The notes beneath the pieces were generated by a model. That model was not told the origin of the DNA. It was given only the letters and a program-made list of their open reading frames with translations, and made no database searches. Source: Octopus vulgaris (lineage: Eukaryota). Taken from it: a stretch of 64,000 nt of DNA. Each line of letters begins with the position of its first letter. The stretch's first letter is position 1. Made by a program: the position numbers and the translations under genes. Below are positions 55,605 through 64,000 of this stretch, in pieces. The stretch spans positions 1,798,001-1,862,000 of the forward strand of contig OX597817.1 of the NCBI GenBank assembly GCA_951406725.2, in the 5' to 3' direction.

Positions 55605-55752
55605 ATCCATCTATCCATCCATCCATCCATCCGTCCATCCATCCATCCGTCCACCCACCCACCCACCCATCCATCCATCCACCTATCCATCCACCCACCC
55701 ACCCACCCATCAATCCATCCATCCATCCATCCATCCATCCATCCATCCATCA
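55605..55752. repeat. (CCAT)n/(CCAC)n microsatellite
   Basis: Directly visible. Confidence 0.95.
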
Positions 55753-55871
55753 TTTTGTCCGTTTATACTACGTTAGTGTGGATAGTAAAGGAAAAAGAGA
55801 CTTTAAGAATCGAAAAACAGAACCAGTGTGTGTACGAGTATGTGTGTGCGCATGTACGTTAAAGAGAGGGA

Positions 55872-55923
<52 letters not shown>

Positions 55924-56541
55924 CAGATAGGGGACTTGAAACGAAGATAAGAATAGGTTCCAGATTTCAGGGTTCTCGAAAAGTGGCCCCTTAAACATGA
56001 CTGTAATACCATTTAACTTGTAAGCATTATTTACATTGTGTTAGATTTATGTGAAAACGCAAACCTTCAGCTTTTTTAATACCATTGAGCGGCAGTTGTG
56101 ATGTGGTGGGATGGAAGGGGCTTATGGCGAGGGTGGAGGTGTAGTGGGGTAAATATAACTATGATGCAGGTGGGGGTGGGGATGGGAAGAAGTATGGCTG
56201 CCATTGAGAGAGAGATTTGTGCGTGTGGGTGAGCTTGTATGTGTGTGTTTGTCATTGTGAATGGATGTAAGCAAATACATAGATATACAGCACACAAGTA
56301 TGTACATATATGTGCATAGATGTATACATAATTGTATATGCACACACAAGCACATACAACACACACACACGCATATTTACATACACACACACACACATAT
56401 ATATATATATACACATACATACAGGCATATATATATATACATACAGAAACACTAAAACTTCACCATCTCCAGAGACGTGGATATTGATATAGTGAATTTA
56501 TAACTCAACAGATGTGATATAAATGTGTGTGCGTGCTTGCG

Positions 56542-56641
<100 letters not shown>

Positions 56642-58362
56642 GTGTCTTCGACTGTCTGCGTATTTGTGTATTGATATATTTACTTAGAAATGTTGATATT
56701 ATAAACGACCTATACTCATGTATAAATGTATTTGTAGAAACGACTGTAAGCCAGAATATAAGTACACAAGAGTACATGAGTACATTTTGTAGTACACTTG
56801 TCACTACGCTTTCAACTATACATTACACTTCGCATCGTATTCTGTTATATATCAACCCTTGAACTACAACCTGTGCTACACTTTACATTATTTATTAGTA
56901 CAAACTATATACTGTAACAAGCCTTCGGCTACACTTTGTGTCAGACTTTAAGTACTCTGAACTAGACTGTGTTATACTTTCTATAATATTTTATATCAAA
57001 CTTTGAACAACAGTTTTTTAGTCTTCTTTTTTTAATGTATTTTTTGGTGTGTTATATTGCAGGGCTTTCGAAACTCTTGGGAGGGAGGTATTCTCAAACC
57101 AGAGTTTCACCCCGAATGCTTGCATCAGGTGGGCACCGCTAAAGCTAGTCTATGTGCCAGATGGTAGTGTTAAAACGAGTGACGTATTAAGTCTACCACG
57201 TAAGTAAGAAGGCCGAAGCAGAGTTTGAATCGAGAACAAAACGCCTAAGGTATCCGCTCTGACATTTTTACTGTTTCGTCAGTCCATAACCTCGGATGGG
57301 TACCATTCTAGTCAACTACGAAAAAATGAATACGAAGTCGACTTTGCATGATTTGACCTTTAGTTTTCCGTCTTCTTTATGGCCATCACGGCAGGTAAAG
57401 ACCAGCCTGGACCACCACCACACGGTCAACGTTCGCAAAATGGCGAGAAGCAAAATCTGCAAATATTTAATCTCTCGGACAATGAGCTAAAAAAACTGAA
57501 AGGTTGAAAGCTTATCGGGTAAGGAAGGTCTGCACCTCGTACCTTTGCAGAGACTCCAGGAAAAGAAGGAGGATATGAGAACAAAACCATAACGTGTTGC
57601 TGTGGTATGGCTCATGTCGAGTTCTGTACTCGGGTAATCTTCTTTGAATGGTTGCAGTACAAAATGAATTTCGATAAAGACACACAAAAGGCATGTGGTG
57701 GTGTTAAACAAGGTGACGGTTTAGCGCACCTACTTAAGATTAACAACAATCCGACTGGTACCTCCTTGCGTTTCATCTCATTTCATTACAAGTGTTAGGC
57801 CAATCCGAGGTTATGGGAAAATACACGTGACCAAGATGCTAGGCAATAGGATCGAATGAAGAACAACGAGATACGGAACCTATATGGCTTAACGATACGC
57901 CTTTCAAATATGAGACTCCTAACGACCGTTCAGAATATTAACATGAAAATAGGGTTGAACTTTGCACTATAACTTACTTTACATAAATATCTTAACTTAC
58001 AGCAGTAAACTAAGTCACCGTGTAGTACCGTGGTATCTAACTCTTTATTTAGCTTTATAGCTACTTCAGCTGTAAAGTGCTTTACAAATTGCTTCAATGA
58101 ATATAAGTCTAAATTTTATCGTTAATAGAAAGCGCATTCTTTGCAAACAAATACACGTTCCTTCAATTTATATTTTTTTCATTCTCCTCCAAAACTCGTT
58201 TTATTTTTGTTCTGTTGGTTTACAGATTTTTTCAGTCACTGTCTTTTGCTAACACGGTGTGCTTGCAGTTCCTTTCTGTAGTTTCTCGTTCTTACCGTAA
58301 ATTTCATTGTTGCCTTTCCCCGCCACCATATATAATATGAATTCTACTACATATATTCAGCT

Positions 58363-58399
<37 letters not shown>

Positions 58400-59177
58400 T
58401 GCAACCCATAAAATATATGAGTATGTGTGTATTTTAGGTTACTAAAATGAGAAAGAATATTCAATACATGTAGAGTATATTTTCTTGGAAAACCCCAATG
58501 ATTCACAGAGTTATAAAATGAAATACACCACGGTGAGTGAATCTGGAATTAACATAGAACAGCAATTGTAAAATAAATTAGCCAAAATCAAAAATTGATA
58601 GAAATTGAACACATTCACAAATACGAAAGGCCTGGAACTAACTGATTCACTACATTATAAAAATAACTGAGAATTGGTTGTGCATTCATTTTTCGAGCGA
58701 TTTGCGAAGTATATATCACGTGGAGGCTTTTTTCGTATGTCTTAATTAGCAGAGAAAGGGCAATTATTATAGAGTTTTGCACGATCCCTGAAACTATGGC
58801 AAAGGGAAGAAGCAACCATGAGCTGGGCAAACTAAGATCATCAGAATTATCATCAGTCAGACGACGTGGTCCAATGTTTAAAGAAGAGCAGATCCGATTG
58901 AATCAATCAAGGAGTAAATGTTGGGGCTAAACGGGAAGACGGATAAAGAACATTGTGAGTTCATTGTTTGTAAAAGGAGTTAACAAGATTGGCTATAAAA
59001 AGAAAAAAAATATGAGTCAGCTGGAATTTTGCAAAAGCAATTTCTCTGAAGCTGGTTCGGTGCCAATAGTTGTCTCGTTCTCTGATTACTTCATTAAAGT
59101 TTTGTCACCACAAATTAGTCTGTATGCGTAATTAACGTTAATTAGCAGAGAAGCGACGGTCTGTCTGAATGTTAAGT

Positions 59178-59186
59178 GTGTATATG

Positions 59187-59236
<50 letters not shown>

Positions 59237-59516
59237 TATATATACAAATATATATATAAATATATATAAATGTATATACATATAAATATATATAAATATA
59301 AATGTATGTATATAAATATATATATATAAATATGCATATACATGTTTATATATAAATATATATCTATATGTATGTATGTATATATATATATATATATATA
59401 AATATATAAATATAAGTGTATACATTTATACATGTATACATTTAAATGTATACATATAAACATATATATATATATAAATGTATATATATATATATAAATG
59501 TATATATATATAAATG

Positions 59517-59575
<59 letters not shown>

Positions 59576-59691
59576 TATACTTTGATACTTTGATACTTTG
59601 ATAGGTTTCGGCCATTATTGGCCCAGGCCATGTCTAACTTAATAGCACCACCTGGTGAAGTCTTTCAAGTCAGAATTTGGGCACTATGGCC

Positions 59692-59734
<43 letters not shown>

Positions 59735-59741
59735 GTATATG

Positions 59742-59824
<83 letters not shown>

Positions 59825-60150
59825 TATATATATAAGTGTATGTATGTATATATATATATATATATAAATGTATGTATATATATATGTATGTATATATATA
59901 TATATATAAATGTATGTATATATAAATGTATATATATATATATATATATATATATCATATAAATATATGTATATATATATGTATGTATATATATATATAA
60001 ATGTATGTATATATAAATGTATGTGTATATATATAATATATATATATATAACTATAAATACATATAAATGTATATATATACAAATATATATGTAAATGTA
60101 TATATATACAAATATATATATATATATATATAAACATAAATATATATAAG
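59178..60150. repeat. Large compound (TA)n/(TATG)n region interrupted by a LINE tail
   Basis: Directly visible. Confidence 0.92.
59579..59695 (-). mobile_element. Isolated CR1-like 3' tail ending in (TATCAAAG)x3
   Basis: CAGGTGGTGCTATTAAGTTAGACATGGCC matches the tail of the 29185-29700 LINE; terminal 8-bp repeats are typical of CR1. Confidence 0.65.
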
Positions 60151-60193
60151 TAGATAAATGGAGTTGAACGCAGGTGTTATTCAAATTCTTTTA

Positions 60194-60276
60194 CTTTCGA
60201 CATATGTTTCGAAGACAACATTGGTTTTATTCCAAAGGAATAAACGGTGTAAAATAATGTAATCTCACCTGGAAAG
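60194..60276 (-). ncRNA. Degenerate type I hammerhead with long branched stem II
   Basis: CTTTC-CAGGTGA-[54 nt incl. TTTATTCC-ttt-GGAATAAA]-GAAA-CATATG-TC-GAAAG; stem I, palindrome and GUC intact, first box mutated; inverted repeat at 60301-60410 beside it. Confidence 0.55.
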
Positions 60277-60410
60277 AAAGAGAACCTATCTCAGCAACAA
60301 GACATTATAACAATTTTGATGACTGCATAAATGTATATATTTATATATAAATATATATAAATGTACATATCTATATACATTATGCAGTCATAAAAATTGT
60401 TATAATGTCA

Positions 60411-61200
60411 ATCCCAGAGCCTAAATCAGTGAGGGACCTGGGTATCGACATGAGTGATGATACCTCTTTCCAAGTGCGCATCACCAGGATGGCGACAAAG
60501 TGCAGACGACTGGTTGGATGGATCCTGAGAAGATTCAGAACCAGAAATAAGGAAACCATGATGGTCTTCTAGAGGACATTCGTCCTCAGCCCCCTGGGTT
60601 ACTGCTCCCAGCTATGGTCACCCAGCAGTGTAAAATTAACAGCGGACCTTATAGCAATCCAGCGAAGCTTCACAAAAAAGATCGTCTCTTTGCAACAGCT
60701 CAGCCACTGGGAAAGACTGAAACAGTTAAGACTCTACTCGGGAGAGGTATACGGTAATATACATCTAGAAAATCCTGGAAGGTACTGTGTCAAATTTTGG
60801 CATTGAAAGCTAAACCAATGCCAGAACGGGTCGATATTGCACAGTGCCAAAGATCCTAGCATTGCACAGTGCCAAAGATCCCAGCAATGCCATTGCGCTT
60901 CAGGACCAGTTACTGCAACAGCCTCAATTTCCGAGACCACAGCTTTTTAATATTCTCCCAAAGCGCTTCAGGAACCTGCTCAAAGTGGATGTAGGCGTTT
61001 TCAAATCAAGGCCGGATCTCTTCTTGCTGAGAGTCCCAGATGAACCTACCTCACGGCAAGGGGTGCAAATTAGGGTAGCTACATCAAACTCCATTCTTCA
61101 CCAAGTGCCACATATTAGAGGAGGCTCTATGTAATAACAGAGTAGCAAAACGGCGGTGCTCCAGCATGGCCACAGCTCTGAGCTGAAACTACAAAAAGAA
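60411..61200 (+). mobile_element. 5'-truncated CR1-group LINE 3' end
   Basis: SVRDLGIDMSDD..GWILRRFRTR..YCSQLWSP..IQRSFTKKI..WERLKQLRLYS..PQLFNILPK..FLLRVPDEP; tail GGCGGTGCTCCAGCATGGCCACAGCTCTGAGCTGAAAC. Confidence 0.9.
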
Positions 61201-61383
61201 ATATATATATATATATTCTTCAAATGCTGCTATGATTAACTTAGATGGTTAATATACCTTGTCTTTCATCTTTTATCTTTCTGGTACGATATCAGTTACG
61301 CACAACTGTGAATATTTCGCCTTTACCAAATGTTTGGAGCGGTCTTATATTAGAAACTAATATTAATAAGTACATTTATACAC

Positions 61384-61453
<70 letters not shown>

Positions 61454-64000
61454 GTTGACTCTCTATCGCGTACAGAGAAGACCATTGATCGAACAGAATT
61501 TTAGGACTAACAAAGCTTGCACAAGGCTCGCTGGACCAATACAATCCTGTTAGTACTAAGCAACGAGACAAGCTCTTGCAAGATATTTGGTGACACTAGA
61601 GATGGTAGACTCGAGAGTGAGGAACTGCCATGGTGATTGATGTTCAATTTGGAATTCTGCAGGTTAATACCTGTAGCAGAAGTGTCGACAGTCAGTATTT
61701 TCCTGCTTCTGCAATTAATTGTTACATTCTTGCCAAACGATTACTCTTCAGTCCCCACCTATGATTAAGGAAGACTCGAAGTAGATATAATTTATATTTT
61801 AGCAAGGGCTGAGGAACCAAAGATCCCAACCTTCGGTAACCTTATACTGCTTATTCTTAAATATATTTAGCTTGTTAGCTACATGTTTTATAAAGTTTTC
61901 TTTCTTGCATATTTTTTTAAAGTAGCTTGAAAGGAAAATAAAATCAACAAGACTAACTAAAAGGTAAAAACGAATGTTAACATCCAAGCAAACACCAAAC
62001 ATTAGTGTTGATAGAACTGAGTAAAAAGTGTGCTTTAATAGCTTGTGTGAATATCCTATATCCTTTAATTCAACATTTCCTTGCACTTCACATCGCTTCT
62101 TTGAAGAGAAATAAATAGTAAAGGAGAAAATAAAAATTCAAGCATATATACAGCAAAGCATCCAATGTCTTCAGAAGGCTTGACTTTATGATCATTAGCA
62201 CACAGAAATCAGCAATGGAAACATTGTGTGAAGGTTTATTTACCACGTGTGCCTTCCCTTCAGCTATTATAAGACTGTAATCTTCAAATTGCAAATGAAA
62301 AATGAATTTGAGAAGGGCTAACAAGGAAATTTTTTTCTTTTTTCTTTTCTTTGTTCTTTTTTCTCTTTTGCTCTTTTTCTCTTCAGATACCTTTAAATAC
62401 TTTTCCGCCCAACGTCTTGATTTCTTAGCCGCTAGTATTTAAGATGGGACATTGAAGGTGATAATATTGATATGTAAATGTATAAATAAAAAAAGAAAGT
62501 TTTCTTTTTCTTTTCTTTTCTATACAGTCTTCAGTCTGCACCCTAAACCCGAACAGTATGCTTTCCTAAAATTAACGAATATATGCAAAGTCTTTGTTGT
62601 TACCGTATTTCCGATCCTCTTTTCCTTCTTTCTTTTATATCTACTTCAGCTCCCTTTAAATTACGGAACACTTGTATGCCAAGTGTATTTCAACAAGAAG
62701 CAAATCTTCCTGCGATCTCTTTCAGCAAACCACTTTTCGAAAAGTTTTCGAAAGACAGTTTCATTTGTTGATTCACTGTTCTCGGGGAAAGGCAGGAGTG
62801 TCACAAAAGTTTGCTTTGTCCCTCTACGAATTTCGGTTTTGAGACAACGTAATAGAATAACTGATTAAAATTCATGTTTTGCAGAATAAGGAGTAATATT
62901 CTGCACAACCAAGTCCGGGACTTGGTTCCTATTCCTGTAACACCACTTTAATCCTGAGTGAAAACGATAAATCTTTTCACTTGACGGTAGATCAATACTT
63001 TGTGTGGTATAGCTCACCTCTAAAATTTGTAATTATAGTCTTGGCTGTGCAAAATATGTGCAATTACTATGAAATACTTTAGGAGATTGTGAAGCACAAT
63101 ATTTAAAAAGTTTTAAGTTTGTCTGCATATTTGTAACTATTAGGGGAGGAAACGGTTCTAAAATTTTGTTTGTATGAGATGAGAAATGCTTGACTTTTGA
63201 TATTCATTCGAATTGCATACCAAGCCCTTTGCCTCAAGATATTTTCGAGGTTCCTGTTATAGATTAGAATACGTGAGCGCTACTTGCTTAAGTAGATCTA
63301 TGACACGGAAAAGCTAATCAAATGGGGTGTTACTTATTATGGCCTATTTAGTAAATGTTCAAAATTTAGAATTCAAAACACGGGATACCTACTTGGAATA
63401 CAGTAGATCGTATGTTGAAGATGGCGTCGAAACATATCGAGTGAAGCTAACGAAGCCTCACTAAATTTACTTCACTGACTCCTGTTTTAAGGTCACAATT
63501 TATAGCTGTATATGCCCGGTTGTGAGGGTTTGAGAGTTAGTCTTGACATATATATGTTGTAGGTGATAAAAATGTGTAAGGTGCTTCTATTTAGGAAAGA
63601 ATACATTAAATAGGTCGTACATGTTGACAAAGAAAAGTGTTAACGGTATGATTTTAGACACGAGATACACTTGAGCTGGTATAAAGAGAAATCTATCCCC
63701 CAAAATAGAAAGCTTCCGGTTATAAATTGAAGCAAATGGCAGCCATGAAGCAAAACGCCTCTACTCTCCTGATACGAGAGCAGACTACGGGGCCCGGCAT
63801 ATAAGCTTTACTTTAGGCAAAAAGTTGGAGAGAGATAGGAAGAAAAACACACAAAAACATACACGTTGAAATACATTTGAGTAACTGTGGAAAAAATGTA
63901 ATTATGTACATGCTTGTAAGTATGTGTTTATGTGCATTCATGCTTTCACACACACACAAAGATATATATATATATATATATATATATAGATAGATAGATA

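Noticed and set aside
59579-59660. GGCC..GGCC-GAAAC hairpin that looks like half a hammerhead
   Set aside because: No CUGANGA box; matches the CR1 3' tail seen at about 29210.
61740-62900. Unique-looking region with several short ORFs, checked as BMP3 exon 1
   Set aside because: No signal peptide plus NTVRSF-like motif ending at a phase-1 donor was found.

Overview
AT-rich, microsatellite-saturated animal genomic DNA. The SINE/LINE repertoire and repeat density point to an octopus (coleoid cephalopod); this is an inference. The only convincing host coding sequence is a 1343-bp internal exon (13937-15279, minus strand) of a TGF-beta superfamily ligand most like BMP3/GDF10; its first and last coding exons were not found. 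The rest is intronic/intergenic and packed with mobile-element debris: at least four SINE or SINE-like families, CR1-like LINE 3' ends (one family shares its tail with a SINE), a Dong/R4 element inside a (TAA)n array, a HERO-like 3' end, mariner remnants including a fold-back made of two left ends, Helitron/Helentron derivatives and Penelope-like (PLE) remnants. The main hidden signal is about seven type I hammerhead ribozyme motifs. Two have canonical cores and sit inside inverted-repeat, PLE-pLTR-like cassettes, two form a tandem pair with a shared U4C core variant, and the others belong to or resemble a degenerate family with a very long stem II. Almost all other ORFs in the track are microsatellite artefacts. 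All structures were read by eye; none has been computed or tested.
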